Shown here piece by piece: positions 33,452 to 42,772 of a stretch of DNA of 64,000 bases. The DNA comes from Planctomycetota bacterium (GTDB lineage: Bacteria; Planctomycetota; GCA-002687715; DRQF01), in assembly GCA_036479435.1 (NCBI GenBank), contig JAZGFI010000243.1, forward strand, positions 1-64,000, written 5' to 3'. Both the position numbers and the translations under genes were made by a program. Within the stretch, counting starts at the first letter, position 1. Each line of letters opens with the position of its first letter. The notes beneath the pieces were generated by a model. It worked only from the letters and a program-made list of their open reading frames with translations, was not told the DNA's origin and did no database searches.

Positions 33452-35062
33452 ATGACTGATCCCGCAACTAAACGCCCCCGCAATGAAATGCTGACCTTCC
33501 GGGTCACCTTCTCTTCGGCGAGCCTCATTTGCCTACTAATGTTTATGAGCGCGCCCTCGACGCTTTGTGCCCAAGATTCTTGGCCAAACCCTCAGTTCGT
33601 GGCGTCGGCCGCCCAAATCGCCGGCCTTCCATTGGAGACCCAGGCCATCCGGATCTCGGACAGATTGGGTGACCAAGCCCTTAAGGCTTTGGATAGATTC
33701 ACGCACCTAGAATATGTCGATTGCCGATCCAACGGTCGAATTACGGACCGAGCTCTCGACATCCTCGCCAAGCTTCGCCGCGTCCGCCTAGGCTCCTGCC
33801 CTCGCATCACGACCGCCGGAATTGCGAAACTCGCCAAGTCCAAGAACTTGGAGTCACTTGGCCTCGCCAGCTGCTCGAGAGTCTCGGCCGGCGACTTGAT
33901 GGAGGCCTTCGCCCAAGCGCCAGCCTTAAGAGAACTCGATCTTTCCTACCACGCATCCGTCAACGATGCCGCCATCGCAACTTTGGCCAAGTCAAAAACG
34001 CTGGAAGAACTCACCTTGGACTACGGTCCGCCAATTACTGACAAAGCCCTCGCCAGCTTAGCGACCATGCCCAAGCTAGCGCGGCTTTCGTTCTCGAACA
34101 ACAAGTTTATCACTAGCTCTGGCCTAAGCGTTTTCGCCAAATCTCTCACGCTGACCAGCCTAGACTTGAGCAACACCAAAATCGACAACACCGGACTCAA
34201 GTCGCTCGCCCAGATGCCAGCTTTGAAGAAAGTCCTCCTCGACCAATGCCCAATTGGCGACCGTGGGCTCAAAGCCCTCGCCAAGGCACCATGTCTAGAA
34301 GAGCTTTCGCTTTCACACTGCCAAGAAGTTGGAGACAAGGGTGTCGCCGCCGTGGCCAAAATCAAATCCCTCAAGATCTTGGCTCTCAATAACCTGGGAA
34401 AACTAAGCGACAAAGGAGTCGCCAAGCTCAGCGGTCTGCGAGGACTCACGTCCCTAGACCTCAGCTTCAACGGCGCCCTCAAAGGAAAATTCGCCAGCTC
34501 CCTCTCTCGCCTGCCCAAGCTCGAGCAACTTAGCCTCAACTTCGTCAAGCTCGACGCGAAGGCCCTCAAGTCAATCTGCGGCCTGAAATCCCTCAAGAAG
34601 CTATCCCTCAATGGCTGCAAGGCAGTCAATCACAAGACCGCCAAGTACTTCCTCCGGATGAAGGGTCTCACCAAGATCAGCCTCACCGCAACGGCCATCT
34701 CAGACCAAGACCTCAGAAACCTGGGGCGCCTATCAGCTCTTGAAGAACTCCAAGTCAGCGGCTGCAAAAAGGTCACCGACGCAGGTCTAAAGCACCTCGA
34801 GAAACTGAAGTCCCTGAAGGTTCTCAATCTCTCCAACACCGGCGTCACGCAGACAGCCCTCGCCTCAATCCTCAAGCTCACCGCCCTTGAAGACTTGGAC
34901 TTCTCCGGCTCCGGCATGGACGTCAAGGCCCTCAACCGACTTTCAGCCCTCCCGAACCTCAAGGCCGTCGTCGCCTTTGAGTGTCCCGAGATCACCAGCT
35001 CCGTCGCGGCGGCTTTTGTCGCCAAGAAACCCGGCTGCATCGTCATCACGGACGATCAATAA
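33452..35062 (+). CDS. Secreted leucine-rich repeat protein (RNI/GALA/cysteine-containing type)
   Basis: About 18 LxxLxLsxC/NxxITDxGL repeats; N-terminal hydrophobic segment ending LCA-Q. Confidence 0.9.
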   Translation: MTDPATKRPRNEMLTFRVTFSSASLICLLMFMSAPSTLCAQDSWPNPQFVASAAQIAGLPLETQAIRISDRLGDQALKALDRFTHLEYVDCRSNGRITDRALDILAKLRRVRLGSCPRITTAGIAKLAKSKNLESLGLASCSRVSAGDLMEAFAQAPALRELDLSYHASVNDAAIATLAKSKTLEELTLDYGPPITDKALASLATMPKLARLSFSNNKFITSSGLSVFAKSLTLTSLDLSNTKIDNTGLKSLAQMPALKKVLLDQCPIGDRGLKALAKAPCLEELSLSHCQEVGDKGVAAVAKIKSLKILALNNLGKLSDKGVAKLSGLRGLTSLDLSFNGALKGKFASSLSRLPKLEQLSLNFVKLDAKALKSICGLKSLKKLSLNGCKAVNHKTAKYFLRMKGLTKISLTATAISDQDLRNLGRLSALEELQVSGCKKVTDAGLKHLEKLKSLKVLNLSNTGVTQTALASILKLTALEDLDFSGSGMDVKALNRLSALPNLKAVVAFECPEITSSVAAAFVAKKPGCIVITDDQ

Positions 35063-35152
35063 ACAAAACCTCGTCGGCTTAGGATGGCTCTGACAAGTCC
35101 GCCATCCCAAATACGGCCTCGCGGGAAAATCCGAGTACTGAGTAGCGCCCGG

Positions 35153-35880
35153 TGTCAGAGTAGTTGTCACTTGAGCTAAGGCTGAGGGCTCCGGTGAAGA
35201 GCGGAGCTCTTTGCTGGGCTCTTCCTTCGCCGCCGCAGGCGGCTTCCCCCATGGAGGAACGAAATTACCATTTGTTGTGGGGGCGGTGGAGAAGCCGCAA
35301 TGGCGAGCTATACACCCAGTTTTAAGTCTTGGATGGTCCAGCGCATGGCAGGTCCAGAGTCCATCACGGCTTATGGTCTGGCAATGGAAGTCGGAGTGTC
35401 CGTAGGGACCTTGTCGCATTGGCTACGCGATGCCGGTACTATTGGTGCTATGAGCAAGAAAAGCACAGCCAAGGGCAAACGGCGAACGCCGGAAGACAAA
35501 GTCCGCCTTGTGATGGAGGCCGAGAAGATAGGCGATGATGAACTCGGAAGCTTCCTCCGTCGTGAAGGCATCCATAGTCACCAGCTCAAAGAATGGCGAG
35601 AGAAGCTGATGACAGCCGGCTTGGTCGCCCTGGAGGGCGCGAGGCGGAAAATGAGTGAGTTGACGCCGGACGCTCGCGAAAATGGCTTGCTTAAGATCGA
35701 GCTGCGTCGCAAAGATCGTGCTCTTGCTGAGGCCGCGGCGTTACTCGTACTCAAAAAAAATTTGGAGGCCTACTACCTGGGGGACGAGGCCGACGATACG
35801 GACACGAGGAGCGGGACTTAATGGTTGGGCTATCGACGAAGCGCTTGAGTCTGGTGCGTCCCTATCTGCCGCTTGCGACG
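35153..35880 (+). mobile_element. IS3-family element remnant (left end, orfA, first codons of orfB)
   Basis: TG-initial TGTCAGAGTAGTTGTCAC at 35153; orfA; then IDEALESGASLSAAC (orfB N-terminus), after which similarity stops and no DDE domain follows. Confidence 0.7.
35300..35821 (+). CDS. IS3-family transposase OrfA (double HTH)
   Basis: YTPSFK...EVGVSVGTLSHW, GSFLRREGIHSHQLKEWR and ELRRKDRALAEAAALLVLKK. Confidence 0.85.
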   Translation: MASYTPSFKSWMVQRMAGPESITAYGLAMEVGVSVGTLSHWLRDAGTIGAMSKKSTAKGKRRTPEDKVRLVMEAEKIGDDELGSFLRREGIHSHQLKEWREKLMTAGLVALEGARRKMSELTPDARENGLLKIELRRKDRALAEAAALLVLKKNLEAYYLGDEADDTDTRSGT

Positions 35881-36157
35881 ATCGCAGACAAGTATGCCGC
35901 CACCCATGCCGGCTCTGGCGGTAAGGCCTGATCAAGACGACCCGGTCCCGCGCACGAAATGAAAAGACCGCCCACAACGACAATGAGGCTCCTCTTCCAG
36001 TCAACCACTTTCCGATCCCTCCAGGCCTGAACTCAACCCGCGATCTGAGAGAGGGGTTTCTCTTCTTACTCCTCAATTGAAGACCGCAATCATAAAACAA
36101 CGGGGCTACCCGGCTTTGTGTGGGTAGCGCCAATAGCGATACCCTGGTCGTGATTTT

Positions 36158-38236
36158 TCATCTCCCTTTAGATCTTCGCAATGTGATGTCTGTTGGCGCC
36201 TCACCAACAGAGTCAGCTCTCATTTCAATCCTCCTTTTTTGATATCCAATTGCTTGGACAGTGGCGACAATTTGAACTCCCACTTGAACGGAGAGTTCGA
36301 CAATTCCCTTGTTATTTGATTTGACAACTAAGTCACCAATTTGGCCGCCTCGGCTGACGACCATCGTAGCCTGAGGCAACGCGTTGCCCGATTCATCAAC
36401 TATCCTGAGCCGCAAGGTCTTTCGTGGTGCTATCGCGGAAAAATCATCTACGGACAATTCAACAACAGAACCCTCGATTAGGCTCAGTTCACGCATGGGT
36501 GAGCTTCCGACTGCATTCGATTGAACAAGCGTCAAAGTGACGTCGTTGGGAAATTTTAGCCCGTCAATTCTCACAACACCGTCAGTCGAATGGAACGCTG
36601 CTACGCCATTCTTGGCCGTCGTTCTAAACGCAAAGGCTTGTGAACTCCACAGACGCGCATGCAGTTCAGAATATCTGCCCTTAGGGCTCGCGAAGAGGTG
36701 GCCGTTCTTCGATTCAATCTCAAGCGAGAATTCTGAGCCACCTTTGACTTCGATCGATGCACATTTGTGAAGTCGAACACGACTAGGAAGACTTCGGGTT
36801 TCATCCATTCGCGAGATGCGCGCCGCAGCGTAGCCAACGGCCGCGATCTCAAGATCGCACCTCCCGTACGCCGGAACTTCAAAGGCCAGATCTCCATTAG
36901 AGCCACTCGGTCCCAAAAATGATGTCTGGTCTACAGCCATGATTGCGCCTTCAACAATAGCTCCCTCAACGTTTACGATCTTGATAGATTCGTCTTTGGA
37001 TGAAGGTATCATGATCTCGCCGACGTCCGTTTCGTTCTCAACAACCAGATCAACGGGGACCTCGAATTGAAATCGCCCCTTTTCATGCGTTATTGTCAAG
37101 AGAATGCGAATCGGGTCGTTGAAGTCTGTTGGCGCAGTCATGACAAATCGCCCTGCAGCGTCGGATCTCTTCTTGTCGAGAAAAGCCTCTTTGTGTGAAT
37201 CCGTGACTCGACGTACCCAGCACATCTCGATATTTGCATTTTTTACTGGCGAGCTATCGTCTTCGTATCGCAAGACTCCGACTACCGTTTGGGCAACCCT
37301 TAAGTCGATCCGAAATACTACACCGGTCTGCGCGTACACGTGTTTCGCACCCTTACCCTCTTCGCCCGAAAAGTAGCCAGAATAACCATTTACCCAGGCC
37401 TCGTAGTTAGTTCCTGCGAGCCCCTTGACTTCAATATTTCCAAGCTCGTCTGCGGTCTCGACTATGGTCACTAAGGAATCCCCTTGCCGCCTTGAGAAAT
37501 TCCACTCGCGGTTGATTTTCTGCCATTTCAAGGGGCTTTCAAGGAGCAGGACGATGCGAGTACGTCGAGTTGGAGGCATCCCATCAGTGGTCACGCGTCC
37601 GACAAAACAAATGGCGCTCTGTACCTCTATTTGACAGCCTCGTTCAACCCGAACATTCTCAATCAAGATCGGCGGCGACGCCTCCCGCTTCACGACTATC
37701 GCCGTCGGTGACTCGCCCACCGGTAGCCTGCAAGTGCCATCAGCATTCAGCCGAAATCGTCGGGCAGTTCTCTTGCCTGGTAGGTAGACAAATCCATTCC
37801 CAAACGCATTCTTGAACTGGTCGAGAATCGTAACTTTGGCGAATTTGGATTCCTGTAGTTCTGCGGGTCGGCTCGCGGCCGGACCGCGAACTTTCGGCTT
37901 CAAGTCGGCGATGATTTCGTTTGTTGTGACCTGCGAGAGGCGGCTGGCTTCTTTCTTCGGGTCGACTGGTGTTGGCGTAGAGAGGCTATTGTCGCCATCA
38001 ATCGAGTCATCCGACTCAGCGTCCAACATCGTGAACACCACGACGGCGCAGATCGCAAGGAACGCGACAAACAAGATCACCCCGAGTTTCCTGATGCGTC
38101 CCTTAGTCAATTCACTGCTCCCATAGCTATTAGTTTGGGTCTGCGTCTTCTTCGGGCTATCTCTGCCTGACAGTCCGTGGTATTTCGAGCGGGCCCGTCT
38201 GCGCGACACGCGCCTACTGCTCCTGCTCCCCCACAC
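36158..38236 (-). CDS. Membrane-anchored protein with carboxypeptidase-regulatory-like beta-sandwich repeats (start probably near 38110)
   Basis: N-terminal TM helix; repeated (V/I)xDxxGxxxxxA and AxGY motifs; visibly more AT-rich than its neighbours. Confidence 0.6.
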   Translation of the reverse strand: MWGSRSSRRVSRRRARSKYHGLSGRDSPKKTQTQTNSYGSSELTKGRIRKLGVILFVAFLAICAVVVFTMLDAESDDSIDGDNSLSTPTPVDPKKEASRLSQVTTNEIIADLKPKVRGPAASRPAELQESKFAKVTILDQFKNAFGNGFVYLPGKRTARRFRLNADGTCRLPVGESPTAIVVKREASPPILIENVRVERGCQIEVQSAICFVGRVTTDGMPPTRRTRIVLLLESPLKWQKINREWNFSRRQGDSLVTIVETADELGNIEVKGLAGTNYEAWVNGYSGYFSGEEGKGAKHVYAQTGVVFRIDLRVAQTVVGVLRYEDDSSPVKNANIEMCWVRRVTDSHKEAFLDKKRSDAAGRFVMTAPTDFNDPIRILLTITHEKGRFQFEVPVDLVVENETDVGEIMIPSSKDESIKIVNVEGAIVEGAIMAVDQTSFLGPSGSNGDLAFEVPAYGRCDLEIAAVGYAAARISRMDETRSLPSRVRLHKCASIEVKGGSEFSLEIESKNGHLFASPKGRYSELHARLWSSQAFAFRTTAKNGVAAFHSTDGVVRIDGLKFPNDVTLTLVQSNAVGSSPMRELSLIEGSVVELSVDDFSAIAPRKTLRLRIVDESGNALPQATMVVSRGGQIGDLVVKSNNKGIVELSVQVGVQIVATVQAIGYQKRRIEMRADSVGEAPTDITLRRSKGR

Positions 38237-38337
38237 CTCTACACCCTTGATCTGACCCTACCCCAGCCCATGGCTCTTAGGCCAAGATTATGCGATTCTG
38301 TGAAGAACTAACGAACAGAGCCATCGAGGTTGGCCAC

Positions 38338-38631
38338 ATGATTCGAAGTAAGGACATCACGATCTTCAGGGAACACAGGCAACACCTGCGAGACCATTTA
38401 GCTCAGGTCAACGAGACCGGCCGACCGCTATACATCACCACTAAGGGGCAAACCGATGGCGTGTTGCTCAGCCCCAAGATGTTCGACGCGCTGGCGGACA
38501 AGGCCGAACTGATTGAGAGCTTGGCTATGATCGACGGCAGCATGGAAGAAATGCACGCCGGTAAGGGGCAACCCATCAAGGAGGCCCTTCAGGAAATTGC
38601 TGACGAACTTGGTCTCAAGCTCGATAGATGA
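38338..38631 (+). CDS. Phd/YefM-family antitoxin
   Basis: FREHRQHL...QVNETGRPLYITTKGQTDGVLLS pattern; GAGGT RBS. Confidence 0.85.
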   Translation: MIRSKDITIFREHRQHLRDHLAQVNETGRPLYITTKGQTDGVLLSPKMFDALADKAELIESLAMIDGSMEEMHAGKGQPIKEALQEIADELGLKLDR

Positions 38632-38678
38632 CCTTTGAAGTCCTGATCGCTCCAGCCGCGAATATCCGAGTTAGATGA
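38628..38678 (+). pseudogene. Truncated RelE/ParE-type toxin stub
   Basis: ATGA overlap with the antitoxin stop; MTFEVLIAPAA resembles ParE/RelE N-termini, but the ORF stops after 16 codons at the lanC-like gene end. Confidence 0.6.
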
Positions 38679-39873
38679 CGATACCGGGGCAACCGAGGAA
38701 AAGGCTGCTTAAGAATTCGGAGCGGTGGCCGGCAAAAAACAAAAACGCCATGCCCGCGCCGCTGCTGCCGGTCATCAAGCCGAGGTTGATGCGCTCGGAG
38801 CCGTAGCCCATGCGGTATTCAGCTGCACTTAGGATGAGCTGGGCGGCATCGTCGGCGGCCGCGCGAGCTTTGGCTACGAGATCGGCGCGATCTAAAACCT
38901 CACCGGCGTGATTGAGGATTAAGGCGTTGCCGAGCCGCCCGTGGCAAAGTGATTCCGATGTCGTTTCGATGAACCGGCGTTCGCTGAGGGTTCGTTGTGT
39001 TGCCCTTAGCGCCCACTCGAGATCTTGGGGCACTCCCGAAAACTCTTGACGACGGGGCCAAAGGGCCAGCCTGGACAAGGCGATGCCCGGTGCGCCGTGA
39101 CACCAAGTCCACATGGGAGCTTCGCGATCTTTGTCGTCGGCACCCGGCCTCAGGTCGCGCCAGTTCTCTTCTTTTGGCAGACGGTGTTTTGATTCGAAGG
39201 TCAAGGCCCTGCCGATTTCGTCGGCAAAAGAATCGTTGGGAAGTCGCTCCGCCATCCGCGCCAAGAACAAAATCAGTCCGGCGTCGCCCCGGGAAAGCCC
39301 GGTTTGTCCCGTACCTGACTCTCTTAGGGTCTTGGTGACGAGATCAGATCGCAAGGCCGCACTTTCGGCGAAGGCTTCGCGGCCGGTCGCCAGGTTTAGG
39401 TGCAGCATGGCGAGCCCAAGGCCCGCACTGCCTTCGATGAGGTCGATGCCTTCGGTGGTCGGATCGGGATCGGAAAACTCGGCGGCGATCTTCAGGCCGG
39501 CGTCCATCAGGGCGCGGTCTTGCAAGAGGCGACCGCCGAGGAAGAGTGCGAAACCCAGTCCGGCCCGCCCGGGCAAAAGGCCTTTGCCCGGGCCGCCGTC
39601 GGGCAGTTGAGATCGCAAGACGAGTGCGCGAAACGCTGCCGCTGCCGTCTCCGCCATGCGGCGGTCTTCACTGGCCTGCGCGAGCTCGGCCAAGAAGCAA
39701 GCGATGCCCGCCAAACCGTCGTAGAGCGATACATCGACGCTTTGGAAGCGTGTGGCGCTCTCGGCGCCCGTCCAGTCCAGCCAGACGCAAACGTTGTCGT
39801 CCCAAATCGCATCGCGAACCAGACCCAGACCGATCTCAATCGCCGCGTCTAAAAATCCTCCGGCGACCGTCAT
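38671..39873 (-). CDS. Stand-alone LanC-like (lanthionine synthetase C family) protein
   Basis: LYDGLAG, DLIEGSAG, WRDLR, WCHGAPG, LCHGRLG and LMTGSSG GxxG repeats. Confidence 0.9.
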   Translation of the reverse strand: MTVAGGFLDAAIEIGLGLVRDAIWDDNVCVWLDWTGAESATRFQSVDVSLYDGLAGIACFLAELAQASEDRRMAETAAAAFRALVLRSQLPDGGPGKGLLPGRAGLGFALFLGGRLLQDRALMDAGLKIAAEFSDPDPTTEGIDLIEGSAGLGLAMLHLNLATGREAFAESAALRSDLVTKTLRESGTGQTGLSRGDAGLILFLARMAERLPNDSFADEIGRALTFESKHRLPKEENWRDLRPGADDKDREAPMWTWCHGAPGIALSRLALWPRRQEFSGVPQDLEWALRATQRTLSERRFIETTSESLCHGRLGNALILNHAGEVLDRADLVAKARAAADDAAQLILSAAEYRMGYGSERINLGLMTGSSGAGMAFLFFAGHRSEFLSSLFLGCPGIVI

Positions 39874-41189
39874 GAGCGATTCCCCCAGGGCCAGGCTTCC
39901 GCACGTTCGGGGAAGGCGCGCCATGGCTTACGCCAATCGCGATTCGCCTCGGCGAACGTCGTCATGGCCGCACGTTCGACGGACTTCGCCTTGCCGGCCC
40001 AAGTTCTCAAGATGGCCTCGGCCAAGAGTGCGCAACACTGCTTGCCGTGACTGCCGCCACCTCCGCCGCCCCGACCATCGGCGATTCCAATGCCGCGTCG
40101 GTAGGGCCAGACGAATGGAGGCGTGTGGCGTTCGACATCTCCGGGCTGCATGGCGGAGACCTGATCGAGGATTTGGGGCAACTGGGAATTCGCCCGAAAC
40201 GGAAAGTAGAGCACGCCGGAGTCGGACCGGTCGTAACGCCGAGGGTCAAGACTCACTTTGACTTTAAAGGGAATGCGATAGGCGTTGAGAGTCTGCGTCA
40301 ATCCCGTCAAATAGTCGGGCGCTTCTTCTGGCGACAAATCGAAGTAGATTCGCAGCATGCGAGCATCGCGATAGTGATCGGGAGCGGTCATGCCTTGGGC
40401 AAAAAGCCAACCCTCTTCGCTGCGAATGGCCTTGTCCATCGCGATGCGCACACGTTCGCCAACTCGCGGCAGCCGCGCGGCCGGAAAAGAGGTCAAGTAC
40501 TCGCCGGGCCATGCGACGAGGAAAGCATCGCGTTTTCGAACGAACAGCTCGCCTTGCGCACCGACAGTCTCGACTCGCCAGCCCTCGTCAAGCCGCGAAC
40601 GACCATCGATAGCTGACTCCAATTTCGAGGCGAATTGTCGCCTCACCTCGATGTCGACCTTAGCCCTCGGCTGGCGTTCTGCGCCAAAGGGACGGCAGTA
40701 GGCTCGGGAGTAAAGGAAAGCCGTCAACTCGTCCAGAAGAGCCGCGCGACGAACTGGCTTGGATAGACAACTACGGTCTCGAACCCTAAAACTACCGAGG
40801 CTGAGTTCCTTCGAGCTGAAATCAATGAGTGCCAGAAGGTTCGACATAAGTTGGTCGTGGGCGCGCGCGCCATCCTCTTCGAGGCTCCCAACTTCGGGTT
40901 CGGCGGCGACAAAGCCCTTTCGCACGAACACCAGCAGACCCAGTGATTCATCTTCGTGCGATAGCTTCCACTGCTTCTTGGCGGTCTTTTCTTCGGGCAC
41001 GCCAGAAGAGGACTTCGGCTGCGCCCGAATCACCTCTCGCCCGCCCACATCTAAACGTAAGATCTCTTCGTCGCGGTCACTGCCCCCAGAAAAGCTATAC
41101 ACCGAGACGCCGTTGACCACGACGTCGCTGCGGCCGATCAAACCGCGATCCAAAAGATAGGGGATGAGTTGAGTTTCAGTGAGAAACAA
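39870..41189 (-). CDS. HopA1-like domain protein (LanY/TvaD-like lyase) with an N-terminal segment resembling an APH-kinase start
   Basis: DEGWRV, LRIYFDL...LNAYRIPFKVKV...YDRSDSGVLYF, PPF...GIGIAD and SHGKQCCALLAEAI; ATGA overlap with the lanC-like gene. Confidence 0.8.
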   Translation of the reverse strand: MFLTETQLIPYLLDRGLIGRSDVVVNGVSVYSFSGGSDRDEEILRLDVGGREVIRAQPKSSSGVPEEKTAKKQWKLSHEDESLGLLVFVRKGFVAAEPEVGSLEEDGARAHDQLMSNLLALIDFSSKELSLGSFRVRDRSCLSKPVRRAALLDELTAFLYSRAYCRPFGAERQPRAKVDIEVRRQFASKLESAIDGRSRLDEGWRVETVGAQGELFVRKRDAFLVAWPGEYLTSFPAARLPRVGERVRIAMDKAIRSEEGWLFAQGMTAPDHYRDARMLRIYFDLSPEEAPDYLTGLTQTLNAYRIPFKVKVSLDPRRYDRSDSGVLYFPFRANSQLPQILDQVSAMQPGDVERHTPPFVWPYRRGIGIADGRGGGGGGSHGKQCCALLAEAILRTWAGKAKSVERAAMTTFAEANRDWRKPWRAFPERAEAWPWGNRS

Positions 41190-41259
41190 AGTGAGGATAG
41201 CTCCAAAGTCAGTCGCGGTGGGTCAGGGCCTTAGGATCTCGATCTTTTGAATAGGATGA

Positions 41260-41757
41260 TTAACCCTTGTGAATCCAGGTTCCCCAAAGGCCTTGGATCG
41301 CAACGTCGTCTTCGAGTTTCATGTCCGACTGTTTCAAAGAGAGCAAGATCAATCCGCGGTGGTGTGATTCATGAGAAATGAGGTAACTCATCCACTGCAG
41401 GGCGCTCTTGCCGAACATTCTGATCACTGCCTCTCGTCGAAACACGGCCTCTAAGTGGGCGCGTACTTCTTTGCCCGTGTTGCGCAATTCCTTGCGTACT
41501 TGGGCCTTCGTCGGGCGCTTGCCCTTATCGGTTTTGGGCAGCTGGGGTCGCTTTCCAGTTTCGTGGAAGATAAGCCAGCCCTGGCGAACGCGGCAAATGT
41601 GGGCGAATTGCCTCGCGACATCGCGGCCGCGCGAGCCCTCGGGCAAGGCTGCCATCCCGCCGCGCGGCATGGCTTCCAATAACAACATCATGATCGTCTG
41701 ATGGCGATCCCAACATTCGAGCGCTTCGTCGATCATCGCTTCCGAGTCAGCGCTCAC
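41260..41757 (-). CDS. DinB/DUF664 family protein
   Basis: GRDVARQFAHI and YLISHESHHRG His triad. Confidence 0.85.
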   Translation of the reverse strand: MSADSEAMIDEALECWDRHQTIMMLLLEAMPRGGMAALPEGSRGRDVARQFAHICRVRQGWLIFHETGKRPQLPKTDKGKRPTKAQVRKELRNTGKEVRAHLEAVFRREAVIRMFGKSALQWMSYLISHESHHRGLILLSLKQSDMKLEDDVAIQGLWGTWIHKG

Positions 41758-42745
41758 GTTCTTTGTCTCCTTGACTTTGCGGTGGCGTTGCGGCCCCAGA
41801 TTTTGAATCCAGGTGATCAAGCGGCGCGTCTGCGTCGTCAGCAGAGACGATGAGCCGTTTCATCCGGTATCGAGCGCCGCCCATCCCCCGCAAGCGCGCC
41901 ATGACTTTCCCGCGATGCCAGGCCAAAGTGTCATCGACAACCGTCGTGCCGCGGGGATCTTCAAGCTCTCGTCCTTCGAGGAGCCGAACGAAGTCGTCGT
42001 CATCGAGATGAACTGAAGGCATCGAGCTAACGGCGTCTTCCAACGAAATGAGATGACTGCGTTCGACCGCATCCGGAGAGCAGGCCGCGCTAACTTCGAA
42101 AGCTCCGCTTTGGGTTCGCCGCAGAGCGGCGAGATAGGCTCCGCATCCGAGCGATTCACCCAAGTCGCGGGCCAAAGACCGAATGTAGGTCCCGGGGCCA
42201 CAGCGAATCCTCATCAAGGCCCGCGGCCAATGATAGCTCAGCACCTCGATAGACTTCACATCGACTTCTCGCTCGGGAACTTCGACGACTTCGCCGCGCC
42301 GGGCCTTTTTGTAGAGGCGCTCCCCGTCAACGCGGATTGCCGAGTACGCTGGAGGCCTTTGGCGAATGCGGCCGCGAAGAGGATCGAGGTGCGATTCGAG
42401 CTCATCCCTTGTCGGAGGCTCGAAATCTTCCACGGCGACTTCCGACAGCGGACCTTCGGCATCGCAAGTGACGCTTCGCCAGCCAAAAGTCAAATCCGCT
42501 AAATAGGTTTTCTCGTGACCCATGAAGAGATCTTGCACTCGGGTGGCGAATCCGGTGCACACCACGATGAGTCCCGAAGCCAGGGGGTCGAGTGTCCCGC
42601 AGTGCCCCGAGGCTCGAATCCCCAGCCTTTTGTTGGCATCCATGAGCGCACCGCGGCTGGTGACACCCACCGGTTTGTCGAGCAAAACCAAACCACATGG
42701 CGCCGCCATTTGGCGGGCACGTTTTCCGCGCTTACCTCTTCCCAT
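41747..42745 (-). CDS. truB: tRNA pseudouridine(55) synthase TruB
   Basis: LDKPVGVTS, GHCGTLDPLASG, QRPPAYSAIRVDGERLY and GTYIRSLARDLG. Confidence 0.95.
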   Translation of the reverse strand: MGRGKRGKRARQMAAPCGLVLLDKPVGVTSRGALMDANKRLGIRASGHCGTLDPLASGLIVVCTGFATRVQDLFMGHEKTYLADLTFGWRSVTCDAEGPLSEVAVEDFEPPTRDELESHLDPLRGRIRQRPPAYSAIRVDGERLYKKARRGEVVEVPEREVDVKSIEVLSYHWPRALMRIRCGPGTYIRSLARDLGESLGCGAYLAALRRTQSGAFEVSAACSPDAVERSHLISLEDAVSSMPSVHLDDDDFVRLLEGRELEDPRGTTVVDDTLAWHRGKVMARLRGMGGARYRMKRLIVSADDADAPLDHLDSKSGAATPPQSQGDKERER

Positions 42746-42772
42746 CGACCTCGTCTTCCACCGCAATCAAGA

